Shown piece after piece: positions 38,750-51,900 of a stretch of 64,000 nucleotides of DNA. The notes under the pieces were generated by a model. The model was given only the letters and a program-made list of their open reading frames with translations. It was not told the DNA's origin and ran no database searches. The position numbers were made by a program, and so were the translations under genes. This DNA is from Marsupella aquatica. Its lineage: Eukaryota > Plantae > Marchantiophyta. The DNA is taken from positions 20,587,224 to 20,651,223 of the forward strand of contig OZ316897.1 of NCBI GenBank assembly GCA_973895155.1, read 5' to 3'. Each line of letters begins with the position of its first letter. Position 1 is the stretch's first letter.

Positions 38750-39663
38750 TTCCTGACTCCATCACAAGTGTATCTATCTGCCTCGTGTAGTCTTCGACAG
38801 AAGATCCTCCTGACATTTGAATCTCAAGACTTTCGGTCTTAAGATCGAATTTTCTTGGAGAGCTGCCGATTCATACTTCTTCAAGGAAGCCACAACGCAG
38901 CGGAATCATCCCTGTGTTTTGTTCACAATAGGAATACCTGAATTGCTGACTGTAGCGGTAAATATGATTGCTCGCTCTTTCTCTTTACGCACATCAGTGG
39001 TCGATCACTGCAGCGGAAGAAGCTGCTGTGCAACAGGCTGCAGTGCCATGGTCTCTTCAAAAGCAGGTTCCTGTACAGCCGCCTACTGATGCTCAGTGTG
39101 GTCTTGAACATCATCTTGCTCTTGCTCTTGCTCTTGATCTCCTGCTTGTCAACTTCATCGTCTCCGTTAGATGAGCTAGGACTGAGATCAGTAGGTGGCG
39201 CAATACGAGTCAAGCCCTTAGGAGAGCTAACGACGTCCCACAGGTCGTTCTCTCGAAGGATCTGTTCTATCTGAACGCGGTAGTATTGAGCTCCAACTTA
39301 TTTATCACCTCTAAGACGATCACCTTGGTCATATCAAGAGAATTAGGCCTCTCTGCGTGTTGTGCTGAGCAACTACAGTGCTTAATTTTGATAAATTCAG
39401 AGCCTGGGCTCTGATACCATGTGGATGAATAGGATTCCAAGCCCCTCAAAGAGAGGGCCAACGATGAACACAGGCCCCACAACTACCGAGAGACAAATCT
39501 CTTTCTCAGTCTCTCTCTCTCCATCTGTAGGATCATGCTACCACTCCCTGATTTCAGGAAAGTAGACTAAATTTGAGCAAACCAGGTGAATCAGGTTTGA
39601 CCAGCGACAGTAGTGGTTTAATCTAGTGGGGCACAAACTAATCTAATGGTACGTAAGTCAACA
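38750..39663 (-). mobile_element. Truncated Copia-type LTR retrotransposon: 5' LTR (~39663-39420), tRNA-iMet PBS (39419-39408), decayed gag
   Basis: Minus strand reads ...atccaca-TGGTATCAGAGC. Gag-like fragments follow: YRVQIEQILRENDLWDVV and RAIIFTATVSNS...RKFDLKT...MSGGSSVEDYTRQIDTLV. The outer LTR boundary is uncertain. Confidence 0.75.
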
Positions 39664-40502
39664 AGTGGACCTAACGTAAAAGCTTGCAACGTGTGAGGCA
39701 TGTAGGGTGCCCTTACATCAAGCTAATGAAGCAAATGACTCTATTCAGAAGCGGATACTAGGTAAGGTTGTCTTGAGTGGAAATGACAAACAGAAACTGT
39801 CTTTAGTGTCTAATCATTTGTGCCCAGGAACGAGGTCGATACCCCAACAAAACTTCAGTCCTTTTGAAATATGTCGACCAGAAAATGCTTCACAACAATC
39901 CCATCATAGCCCACAACTTTCATCGCCGAATTTCATTTCCAGATGCTTTTCCAGCTCCTCTGCAACATCTGCAATTTCCAAATTCTTCTTCCTGGACTGA
40001 GGATCGGCTGCATAGCACACTTGAATTGTCAAAATAGAGCCAGAGACTCGCCGAATATTGTTCTCAAGAGTCAATATGAGTGACTTATTACTCATCTAGA
40101 ATGTGTCATGTATGTGAATGTACACAGTGTCCAAACAATTGATCGTCTTTCTGCGCATAAGTCAGATAATATCCGAAGCACCACCTCGATCTCCCTAACT
40201 CCGATCACTTACCTCTCACCAGCGTTTTCCTGCTGAAAACAAGGAAAATGGATTCAGTTGACTTGCTGAAACACCCCTCCTTTTTCAATTCAAAGCGACA
40301 TGGTCCTCGTTTGAAAACATTGCGGTCCGGAAAGAGCACCTTCGAATCGCTGTTGCACATGAGAAACACCTTCAGTAAGTTAAGCTGCATGCATGGCGCT
40401 TTGAAGATAACATCCAGGAAATGAATCGCAGCCACTCTCTGCGACCACCGTCTTCAAGAGTCGGTTCAAAACAATGAACACTGCAATGATTCTGGTAGAA
40501 GC

Positions 40503-41663
40503 TTACTTTTGTTCAATGTCGTGTTTCATACCGCTTTTTGTGGGGTAATACAACTTGAACTCAGCCTTCGGTAGATGAGCATAAGTCAGGACAGAAAAGA
40601 AGCGATACTCGTTAACAGACATTGTGAAACGCAGGGAGCCATTGTCCGGAACGACATAACCAGCAGCTTCAGAGGCTCGACGTCCATTACCTTCGTCTGA
40701 CTCGCCTTCCAACATTAGCCATGCTTCTTCATAGCCTTTTTGGGATTCAACCGTTACAAGACAGGAATCATTGTCACTGTCAAGATCGGCCGCGTCTATG
40801 AGTTTGCGGACCATGCCATTTTCTATTTCTGCCGGGGCGGGGGTGGCCGGATTGACATATTCCTGATCTCTGACCACTTTTTCACCAACCGACCTCACCT
40901 CCAGTTTAATCTGCTCCATCATCAGTGTACTCCTTCTGTTGTACTCAGATTGATCCTGAGACAGCTGCTGTTGCTGAACGACAACCATGCTTACATTCGA
41001 ATTGACCGACTCCATAGCTCTAGGGATTTCAGCGACTTGATTATGTATTTCAGCGACACGATCATGTGTTTCAACGCTGATTTTATAGGTTCTTACACCA
41101 AGAGCTTTCATCAAGTCGCCCAAGCTCTTTTCAAGCTCAGCGCGCAACTGCTCCACCTTCTTTTTCTGCTTGGTTGCGGATCCCTGTTGGTGCAATACGT
41201 TCTTGACGACTTCCCGAGCCCTATAACTCCCCTCTCTTTGCTTGTCGTCCAGTTGATACTTTTTCACTTTTGAATCCACCTCAATCAGCGTCGACTGTAA
41301 TTCTTTTAGGACAGATTCCAAGAAAGGTCGGTCAATCTGGTTTAGGGAAATCCTCCCCTCTAAACCGTTCACAAATTCAGTTCTGACAACCTCTATCGCA
41401 GAACTTGTGTCCACCTGCATCGGGGAAGCTGTGTCAATCTCGATCGGGGAAGCTGCGCCAACCTCCCTGGAATACGTTGGGTCAACTTCCTTCAGTAAAG
41501 TCTCCACAAATTCAACTTGTGTGATGAGGTCTTTAGTCTTCTGTGGTGCATTTTTCAGGTCGTCCTTAGCTCGCAGAATCGCCCTGACTGTTAAAAAAAT
41601 ACACTTGCCCAATTGCTCAAGTAATTGAGCTCCTGCCGCCGCCTCGCCTAGTCCCGTCGCCAT
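40503..41663 (-). CDS. Protein with N-terminal helical-bundle domain (HeLo-like/SesA/MLKL-4HB-like) + coiled coil + uncharacterised C-terminal domain; further 3' exons likely (to ~39900)
   Basis: Long uninterrupted ORF; amphipathic N-terminus MATGLGEAAAGAQLLEQLGKCIFLTVRAILRAKDDLKNAPQKTKDLITQVEFVETLLKEV; ORF ends at a gtaagc donor (40506). Downstream exon structure is unresolved. Confidence 0.6.
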   Translation of the reverse strand: MATGLGEAAAGAQLLEQLGKCIFLTVRAILRAKDDLKNAPQKTKDLITQVEFVETLLKEVDPTYSREVGAASPIEIDTASPMQVDTSSAIEVVRTEFVNGLEGRISLNQIDRPFLESVLKELQSTLIEVDSKVKKYQLDDKQREGSYRAREVVKNVLHQQGSATKQKKKVEQLRAELEKSLGDLMKALGVRTYKISVETHDRVAEIHNQVAEIPRAMESVNSNVSMVVVQQQQLSQDQSEYNRRSTLMMEQIKLEVRSVGEKVVRDQEYVNPATPAPAEIENGMVRKLIDAADLDSDNDSCLVTVESQKGYEEAWLMLEGESDEGNGRRASEAAGYVVPDNGSLRFTMSVNEYRFFSVLTYAHLPKAEFKLYYPTKSGMKHDIEQK

Positions 41664-43411
41664 GTTGCAAGTCCCTGTAACGAATCTGCAGATAGATGTG
41701 AAACCCAGAAAAGTTGGTTTTGATTGATGCAACAACTATTTCTACGAATGTCCTGTGTGGTGGTGGATATCGTTCTCTGAGCATATCTCACACGAAGTTC
41801 CTGAAATCCACTTTGAAATTCTTGCGTTCAATACTACATCCTAAGTCTCCAAGGTTCCAAAGCTTCTGTGATTCTTTTGCAGACACTGCCTGAATGAAGA
41901 CTATTTGCCCCCAGGGTACGTTACCCTTGTAGCACATATGACACCTTATTACAAAGGAAATCACATTTCTGCTGATAAAGACATCTTAGTTCCGCAGAAA
42001 AGAGTATGTGCTGACGGGCATTGGAGATTCTAAGAACATTGGAGGGGCTCGTTCACAAGCTTCAACTAGTACTTGAATAACCCATGCTATCTGCACTCTT
42101 TGGGTGACCAGTCAAGGGGCTCCTATCAAGAAACTTTCGCAAGCAGAGAGAGAGAGAGAATTACAGTAGGTACACACGTCTGTACTGCAGCAGGCCACCG
42201 GTTCCTCAATCCACCAACTTCGTGCGGAAGTCTTCGAGCGCACAGCAAGAATGGCCCTCAGTCGACCAGGATGGCGTCATAAACACGTTATGCTGGGCTA
42301 ACAAGAACACAAAACTCACAGCGATCGAAATCTCAGAGGAACACGAAAAGAATGGACTCCCGCACCCGCCCATGCGAGCAGAGACAGAGGAAGAATAGAA
42401 CTTTATGATGGGAAGAAGGCAATGGGGACCGAGAAGAACTCCAGCGTGTTATGGAGGCCAACCAGGATATATGCAGAATCCGCTCCTCCCGAACCTACAG
42501 TAGAATGTGCCCTTAGTGCGCAAGTGCCCTTAGTGCGCTTTCAATGGGACCCCTCGTGCCCATGACGAAAGCTATGTGGTCACAAAAAGCTGAACAAAAA
42601 GGTATGTGACAATAAAATATTGACAATACTGTGGACAATAGGGTTTGGGCCATTTCGGGCCCACATTACAAGTCCCCCCCCCCCAACGAGCTGTTTCCTT
42701 GTGCTTTCAGCTTCTCTATTCCATTTCCCGGTCAACGCACTTTATATGCACCATCATTATCTGCAACGAGTACCATACTCGTAGTTGTTTCGTTTCCATA
42801 TGCATGATGATTCAAATGATTCGTCACTGAGTGTGACACTCAGGCGGAGAGCTCAAATGAGAGCTCAAGTGACGACGATGAGAGCATGAGAACTTGGGTG
42901 AGACAGAGCTCGGATGAGGGCTTGAATTTGACAATTTACAAAGATTTTGAGACTGCAATGATGGGCAAGTGAGCTTGGCCTGGCTTGACTGCAATTGAGG
43001 CGATTGTAGAGCTTTCATCTTTTGAACTGTGGCTGATAAACCTGCTTGACCGTCGGTACGGGACTCACGAATGAGACTTTTGTCGCACGTTTGAGTTTGG
43101 AGTTTGAAGGTTGTCATAATGATTACCGTGAAGGTTCTGAAGCTCATGTTACCAGCGTAGTCATCACCCAATCAATAGGAACATTGTACTGAGGAGTTAC
43201 GTATCTATAATTTGGGGTGTTTATGTCAGTCCTGGGTTTCGGCCTGTATAGTTGGTATCCAGGTTACTGGACTCCTGAATATGATTTCGATCTCAATCTT
43301 ATGCAAAGTCAGTTCGTTAGAATCTTATGCAAAAATCCTATGCAAAATGCTAGCTTGAGATGGCGTGCAACAGGCTGAGCTGAGAAAAGTGTCAAGATTC
43401 CTGTGAAATCG

Positions 43412-46400
43412 ATGGACGAGAATCTCAGAAGCGGTTTGGGGGTTAAGGAATTTGCATCCCACAGCCATGAGGAGGTTGTCCATTCTGTTGATGGTGAGAA
43501 TGTCGACGACCCCATCAGAAAGGTGAAGGAGGATGAGAGCAACGCAGTGGAAGAGACAATTGATGTGCAGCAGCCCTGTGGAGAGGACGTGGACCTGGAT
43601 GTAGTACTGGCACTAGGTACAGAGTGCCTTGATGGCACAGTTGAAGGCAGCTTGGAGGAGCTTCAAGAGGCCAAAATGTTACTTGTTAACTGCATGAGCC
43701 TGATCTGTGAGCACAGGAACCAATTGGAATCCAGATCTGATCTTCGAACAAAGATTGTCGACTTTGCTTCAAGGTTTATGTATGTCCTCTTCCGCCTCGG
43801 AGATTACGAGGAATGCATTCGTTGGTTCTACATGGGGATAGGTACAAAGGATGGGTTGGAAGGAGCTCTTGAAAGCTCCGGTAGCGTGCACTACAACGTT
43901 GCCATATCCTTCCTGAAGACAGCTGACGTCAGACCTGATCGACAGAGGCTACAGGATTTGATCTGCAGAGCAATCCACCACTTGAACAGGACTTGCGTTA
44001 TCCAAGTGGAGGACTTTCATAGCCTGCTCAAGCTGCAAAATAAAGTTACGCTCGAAGCGACCGGGATCATAGCCGTCACACTGGGGCGTTTATTGTTGGT
44101 GCCCGGAGAGATGTTTGAGAAGCTGCTTGGAACGCCTTACAGCCATTTCACAAAGCAGCAAGTTGTACATTTGCTGGACGAAGTTCTTGTGTCAGCGGTA
44201 GTCATGAAAGTGAAGGGTTGGCTTGCCGAAGCAGAAGTCGTCCTGAGAATGGGATTGACATTTGTGTCAAATATTGAAGATCAGGAAATGAGGGATCGGT
44301 TTTTTGAATCTATTCAGACAGCGTTCCGCAATTCCTACGAATCTACATACCAGAATCCCAAGATCCATGAGGTATGAACATTTTCTAAGACGCAATATTC
44401 ATATTTTGTGGAGTTCACAAAAGGAACGAGAACCGATTCCTTTTCGCTCCCACTTGTTTGTAATTTGAAATTGAAGCCCAGAAGGACTTCCATGTTCGAC
44501 AAACGCTCGAATCGATTTCGCAACCGGAATCGACCTCAACAAAACCCCTTTTCTACTGGGATCGTACACTTTAAACTCGCGATACAAGTATCACAAAACA
44601 ACAAGATAGTTTCTGAAGCATTCTCAACTCTCGAGGACTGTTAGAGATATTAATTCATTGGAATGATTTTTCGAGAAGATACAAACGAAACCACAAGCAA
44701 TAATTTTGGTTTTACATCAAGGGAGATATCGAAGATCAAGGCATGCTACTTAAAATGCAAGTTAATTTGCTGAATGAGTATCTTCAAATTGATGTTGTCA
44801 ATGTAAGTAATATACGTGTAAGAAAAGCTTGATTGCATTTGAGTTGGTACAATGTGTGCGGAACAGTTGATGTGCTGCAAACTTTGAAGCTCTCAGTAGT
44901 ATACTCTTCGGTTTATGTTTTACATTTCAGTCCCGCTAACAAACGGTTCTTTTTATTCCAAGAATTCCTCAAAAGGAAAAGCAGATGGGTTGCTGATAGC
45001 GGCGAGCATCGTAATTAGACAGAATACATATTTGATGCAACACTTCTCAACATCGAAGCGTCCTAGATATCCAGTGTCTTATCCAATGCAATGGGCTGTC
45101 TTCAATGTGCAGATTGAGCTGAGAAAAGCATTGCAATCGAACTTTGTGGAATCGACGAACAAGAATTTCAAAAGTGCTGGGGCTGGGACAGAAATTGCAT
45201 CCACCAGTAGCAGTGCTGAGATGCAGCAGCCCTGCGGAGACGAGATGAAGCTGGAGGTAGTTCTAAGGCTAGGTCAAGAGTGCCTTAATCTCACAGGTGA
45301 AGGCAGCTCGGAGGAGCTTCAGGTGGACAAAATGTTACTCATTCACTACATGAGCCTGATCGTTGAGCACAGGAACCAATTGGATTCCAGGTGTGATCTT
45401 CAGACCAAGATTGGCGACTTTGCTTCAAGGTTTTTGTATCTCCTCTTCCGTCTTGAAGATTACGAGGAATGCATTCGTTGGTACGACATGGGGATAGGTA
45501 CAAAGGATGCGTTAAAAGCAGCTCTAGAAGCCTCTAGTAGCGTGCAGTACAACGTTGCCATCTCTTTCCTCAAGAGATCTGTTGGCAGTGATGATCTACA
45601 GAGGGTGAAAATAGATGAGGTTAATAAATGTTATATGGAGAGAGGAATGCACTGTTTGGTTCTATGTTGCAACTTACAAGTGAAGGACTTTGACACCCTT
45701 GTCTTCGAGCCAAGAAGCGAAGTGGGCGTTTGTGTAGGTACAGGAGTGTATGCTACGATGGGAAATGTAGTGTTGGTGCCCGAATCAGAGTTGTTTCAGA
45801 AGCTGCTTGGGAAGCCTTGCAATGATTTCACGGACCAGCAATTGGAACAATTACTGAACGAAGTCATGGTGTCAACGACAGAAATGCAGGACAAGGGTTG
45901 GCTTGTAGAAGCAGAAGCCGTACTGAAAATGGGGTTGACGTTTGCGTCAAAAATCGAACGTCAGGAAATGAGTCATTGGTTTCTTGATTGTGTTCTGCAA
46001 CAGCTTCGCAGACTTTACCGATTTAGAGGCGAGTATCAGATGGCTGCTGAGACATTTCAGCTGTCGAATTACTCTCAGAAAGGTTCTAAATTTAAGGAAA
46101 GACAACTGAGGGAGTCCGAGAGAGCAGAGGAATGGTCAATTGCAGGTGATCACAATCAAGCCATAAATATAATAACCGCAGCATGTTCTTCCGTCGATGC
46201 CGGTGATGCTCGGGACGTTTCCCTTCCAAATGAAGACTGGAAGCTTGAAGCTCATCTGAAATTCACATATGGTAGAATCCTTGAAAGGGCAGGGCGCACA
46301 GATGAGGCTATCAAGCAGATGGAAGAAGCTGAAGCTCTTTTTTTTACTTTCGACTACAACGGTGACAGTGATGAGCTCAATAATGATTTATTGCGCTTAC

Positions 46401-48912
46401 TGGATTTTTATGGACATGTTAACATTGAATCTGCACTATCTCTCATCAACCTCATTGACCCTGTCATGTCAAGGCCTGAATGCAAAGTTCACTTTAAAGA
46501 GTTCTGGAGGAAAGAAAAAGGCATATTTAAGTATCGAATCTATGATCGAGATGATGCTGCCAAGTGCTGGATAGATGCGGAGTCGGTTCAACCGGATCCT
46601 TCGTCTGATGATTCAGGGAGTGATGACGACATAGAGAATGAAGATAATTCATCTGAGAAGCTATATAAAAAGTATGAATACAAGTTTTGCGGCAAATGCA
46701 AAGGAAAACATGTCTTGGACCCTACGTCTCATTTGGCGACGTTGTGCTCCTTAGCTAGGTGTAGATGGAAAAATATTAAGGAAGCCCTTGAGGCTCTTGA
46801 TGCTGCACTAAAAGTAGTGTATCGCCGAAAGAAAGGAAGCCCTAGTCACTTGGTAGAAGTTTGCATGCTTCAAGGAGCCTTGTTCTTTGAGCATAGGCAA
46901 GCAGAGGCAGTGGAGGCGTATGAGAGGGCCGTGGAGATTTTGCGGGAAATGAATCAAAACTCCGATAAGATACGAAGTCGCTTGTCAATTTGCTATGGGA
47001 TGCAAGCGCGGGTGAAGTTGGCAGAAGGAAGCCTTGATGATGGTCTTGATTTAATTCAGAAGGCTGCACCAGTAATGGAGAAGGAGAATCCTGGAGAAAA
47101 CTATTATCTTCAAGCGATGGCACTCCGATTGCAAGATCAAGTTGCGGAGGCTGCAGCTTTGGGGCAAATGGCTTTTAAGGAGTTGATGAAAACGGAGCAA
47201 TTAAAACCGTTCCAAACTCATATGGCTGAGAGTGCTTGGATCAGGACTTTTGAGAACAGTACTCTTCTAGAGGTACTCCAGTTCAATGAGAGGACCTCGT
47301 ATTTTGGTATGAGGAATACCAGAGATGCCTTGATCTGGGCTGAAAGAAGCCGGACGCGGCTGTATATGCGCCATACCGAGGATCAGCCTTCCGTTGTCTC
47401 CTCGACATGTGAGCTATTTGATTTCCAATATGAGCATGCTGAGGAGTTACTAGGGGATGCCGTACTGATGTGTGGACGAGAAACAAAAATCATCTCCTAC
47501 TCTTACTGTAAAATAACCAAGTTTCTATTCTGCTACCTAGTGTTTGAAGGAGACGATCGGAACATCAGGGTACATTGTGAACCAGTGCCTGTCCCTTTGG
47601 TCCTTAATCAGCTGTGGGCCAAAAGGGGAACGTCGAATGAACCAGAGCCGACATTAGAGCAGCTTGTTGATAAAGCTGTGACTGCGATCAAAGCCACGGA
47701 CCCGCGCAAGCTGAGGCCAAAGAAGGATTCTATCGAGGATAATAGGAAATGTGGCACAGAGAAACATGCCAAAAACCTGTTGAGCATCCTTCATTCCATT
47801 TTACTCAAACCTATTCTAACAAATCATAAATATCACGATTTTGTTGCGAAGCAGTTGCGCGATCATTGTAAACATCTGGTGATCTCCCCACAAGGATTTT
47901 TATCCAAGGTTCCGTTTGGCGCCCTTTTCGATGAAGCTCAAGGAGAATTTCTAATTCAGCAGATAACAGTCTGTGTAATTCCTTCTATTCGCACTCTGCA
48001 TCGCTGCTTTCAGAACCACGCTGGTTTTGAAAAGGGATGGAAGGATTTGGAGCATCCGTTTGTTGCAGGTAATCCAACGCCAATGGGAGCAGGACTTAAA
48101 GCTCTTCCTTTTGCAGCCGTAGAAGCTGAAAAGGTTGCGAAGATCCTTGATGGCGCTCAACTATTTTCAGGCGAAAAGATGACAAAATCTGCTGCTGTCA
48201 AAGGTTTGAGTCGTAGCCAAGTGGTTTTATTGTCGTCCCACGGAATCGTAAACTCCTCTTACCCTCAAGGTGCTCTGGTGCTCAAGAAATCGGACACTTG
48301 TCCATCCAGCAAATTTGAGGAGACCCTCAGTCCAGCTGATATTCTTGCGATGCCAGGAAACATCCTTGCAGGGCTCGTAGTTTTGAGTGCTTGCGAGTCA
48401 GGACTAGGTACAGTCACACAAGCTGAAGGTGTGCTTGGACTCGGTCGTGCTATTCTGCAAAAAGGCGCTGTTACCACAGTTCTCACCCTCTGGAAGGTCG
48501 ACGACTCAGCGACCACGGATCTTATCACTGGTAAGTGCACTTTTCAGCACCCAAAGTGTCATTGAAATTGCTCTGCTTAAACATCCTATATGGTCATTAC
48601 AACCGTGAAAGGTCAAGTCTCAGCCTCTAGTTATGTACATGTATGTTTTACTCATACACATAATCAACTGAGTCGAATTTGCCTGAAATGGTAGGAATGT
48701 TCGAGAACTTGCGCCTAGGGTGGACAGTGCCACAATCATTACAAGCAAGCATGGTGAAGATGATCGACGACAAAAGAACATTGTATGAGTGGGCGCCCTT
48801 GATTACGATGGGTTCCCCGAAATTGCGGTTACCAAGGTATTCTTCCACGTCGTTTGAATTCGTTTCTACAATAACAGCAGAGATTCAATCGACACCCCCA
48901 GTGCATCCTTAA
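43412..48912 (+). CDS. TPR-like/CHAT (caspase-hemoglobinase fold) protease, ~1531 aa; exons 43412-44371, 45113-48530, 48695-48912
   Basis: CHAT motifs LVISPQGFLSKVPFGALFD, VAGNP, LPFAAVEA..VA, LSSHG (catalytic His), LVVLSACESGLG (catalytic Cys), EGVLGL.RA.L..GA...V.TLWKVDD.AT, WAPLITMG; AL.WAERSR precedes the CHAT domain; TPR-like helices upstream. Splices are phase-consistent and total 4596 nt. Confidence 0.9.
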
Positions 48913-51900
48913 TGTTGGTACCCAGTACCTTCAAAATATGTGTGTTTTCTTTTGAGGTTCCTTGTTATTCTCATACATTACTCTTCTTATACATTACTCG
49001 TAGGTTCTGATCGAAAAGCGAATCTATGAGGTTTGCATAGACCTCCATTAATTTCAATGTCAAACAGGATCGTTCATATATGAAACTAGGGACAGGTGTG
49101 TCTGTGTGTGCGCGTGCGCATTCCAAGTATGTACATAATTTAAATATATATACGTTAAATTTCTGCCTGTGAAACGGCACAGAACCGACCTCCTGAGATC
49201 ACCTGTTCTTGGTCCACGATAATCTGTAATAAACATGAATACATGATCAGCGACTCAAAGAGCAATGCTTTCCAGCCAGCTATTGTTATGAATTTTCAGT
49301 GGACTTCATCAGTGTAGTAAATTCCGGGAGTTAGTAATTCTCATCCTCCATGCGTTGGATCAACAGATAGAGATTAAAAAATGGTTCTAAATCGGATAAT
49401 GGAGGCGAGACAAGATAAATGGTTGAATCGTGATCGAGCAATCAACGAAACATAGGCACGATTTGCAGATGGCTCTCGTCACTAAGGTAGTTTCGCAATA
49501 TTGAATGAACACATCAAAACGATCTCAAACTCGGCCATTAAACCAGGGAATTGCGTGACAGCACAACTTGATTTTGCATACTTTGCTAACTCCTCGCTCA
49601 ACCTCCAATCTAGTTTAGGCAACAATCAATCAAAGACCGCTGTTGCTTTCCGAGTACTGCTAAAAGCCAACCTTGGGATCGTCCTTCAAAATCATACACT
49701 TTTTCCCACAAACCACGACATCTACACTCCGCCAGCGCAGACAGAAGGTCGACTTATTCACAATATACATGATGGCCAAAAGACGCACACAAACGCTGAA
49801 TGACGATGACTCCGCTGACTGCAGATGCAGAAGCGCAGCATCAAGAACGCGCCAAGTACAACCTTCCGGCCCTCCTATCACACACTCGCCAGGACGCATC
49901 ACAAGAACCCTTCGCCAAATCGAATTCATTTCTCTCTCGTCATTCCCAATCGTCCTTACAACACTACCAAATAATCCTTCAAGAGAGACAAAAACACGAG
50001 CAGAACTCTACCTCCACTCTCCTGCACACTACACTCGATTAATTCTTAACGAAAACAAGAACTAATGAATCCAGGATAAACCCCGTGCTGTACACAACAC
50101 GGAGGAAATCGCCCTGATTGTTCTTCTGACGGTGGTTTCCGTAAATTTCGCTGACGTTGCTCTCTCCCACGGATCGAGCTAGCTTTCGATCTAGAACCGG
50201 CGGAGCGCGCGCCATCCAAGCAGTTGACATATATAATGTCGTCGTTGGTAAATTTGAGCACAGTCCAACGACTTAATTGCTCGTCCCCCGATTGGAGATG
50301 TTGTGTCCAGTTCGCGGCAGCTATAGACGTTGGCCTATCTATCGATGATAAGTTTTTGAACCATCGGTATTCAACCCTCAACGTTATCGAATCCTCTATC
50401 ACAGTCCGTTGAACATGAATTTCCGTGCGTCAGTTCGTTGGCCAGAATTCAATCGAGTTGGTGTACTGTTGCATTTCGTTTCGCAGTTGATCATTGTGTG
50501 ATGCAGAAGATTCGGTTCCGCCGAGGGAGTGTGCAAATTCTCTAGAAGCAGTGGGGTCCATTTTTAACGATTCGTTTGTGGTCCCGTTTATAAGGGATCC
50601 AGTTGTTAAGAGTCGGTGCTGGCATGGTTTGAAAATCTTACTGGCAGGATGTAGAGCGAATGCTGAACCCGTTGGGCACAATTTCAAATCGGACCCTTGA
50701 GAACGCGCGTCGTTGGATCGTGTGCGAATGTGCAGAATGATGACAACATCAGCTGCAACGCCAGAATTATGCGCTCCTCCAGCCTTGCAGATTTTGTAGA
50801 TCGATCACTGGATCACTGCGAGAGACTACTATTTTCCATACTACAGTAGTTACTTAGTCTTTCTGCTCGGTACTGTTAGCCTTCCGAAATTCATCAGACC
50901 CTGAATTGATCCTTTGGCACTTTGGTCTTCTTTCGATGCATTTCACAGCTGGTTGCGTACTTATATTGGGTTTGCGAAACCACCTCCTCCACGGCGTCTT
51001 CACTGCAACGCGTGTGGTCACCTGCGCGTCAATGGAAGAGAACAAAGGTCGCAGTAATTTGGCGACTGAGGCTCCGTCTCGCACTGATTCGGTTCCCGAG
51101 AAGTGAAAGCACTGGTATGGACTCCCGAGAAGTGAAAAGCTTCTCATGAATGAAGCACGCATGAGACCAATTCTCGGACATCGAATCTGGGACAACCCAA
51201 CGGCGAGATCGACACTGTACGAGCGAGGTTCTTGACTGCGTCTTGGCTTCACCTTCGTAATCGCACGTACTGGAATGTTGAATTCGTAGGAAGCGAGTGT
51301 GCACGGTGTACAATTCAAACACGGCGTGAAAAACTCGTGCTCCTTCACAACTTTCGCTTGAGGCCCAGGAGACAGACGTTATGATGGGGTTCTCGTTGGG
51401 GTTCTCGTTAACATACCAGTGGTTGTTGATCGTGCTGTTGATGGACCTCTCCTCTTTATTGATCCTGTTAGTTCTATTCAACAAGTTTCTCTCAGCGTAC
51501 AATGTGATGAGAAGAAACGCTGTCTCGTGCCGAGGCGATGTCCGGTCCAGACCAAACTTTTGTTGAACTGTATTGCACCGTTGCGAGAATACTGTCCATG
51601 CTACACTGTCGGCTCCAGTTTGACGCAGCAGAGACAGGTCTCGAGATCATGGTTATCCCGACTGGTGGACATGGCTACTGTAGCTTTGCCAGTGGCACCA
51701 TTCTCCAGGAGGATGCGAGCTTTGCGCTTGTGGCACTCTTTTGGAAGTGCGATGCTGTGCATTCAGCAGTGGCCACTAAGCATTGGGCTGGTGGGAATGC
51801 GCTCTGACTAGACATTCGTATATAGCCAAGGAGTTGTATGGAGCTTGGCAATTCAGCAGTGAGGTGGTGGGAATGCCCTCTAGACATTCGTGTACAGCAA

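Noticed and set aside
44915-45112. N-terminal 66 aa of the 1216-aa CHAT ORF
   Set aside because: Better explained as intron: an AG acceptor at 45112 is in phase with the upstream exon.
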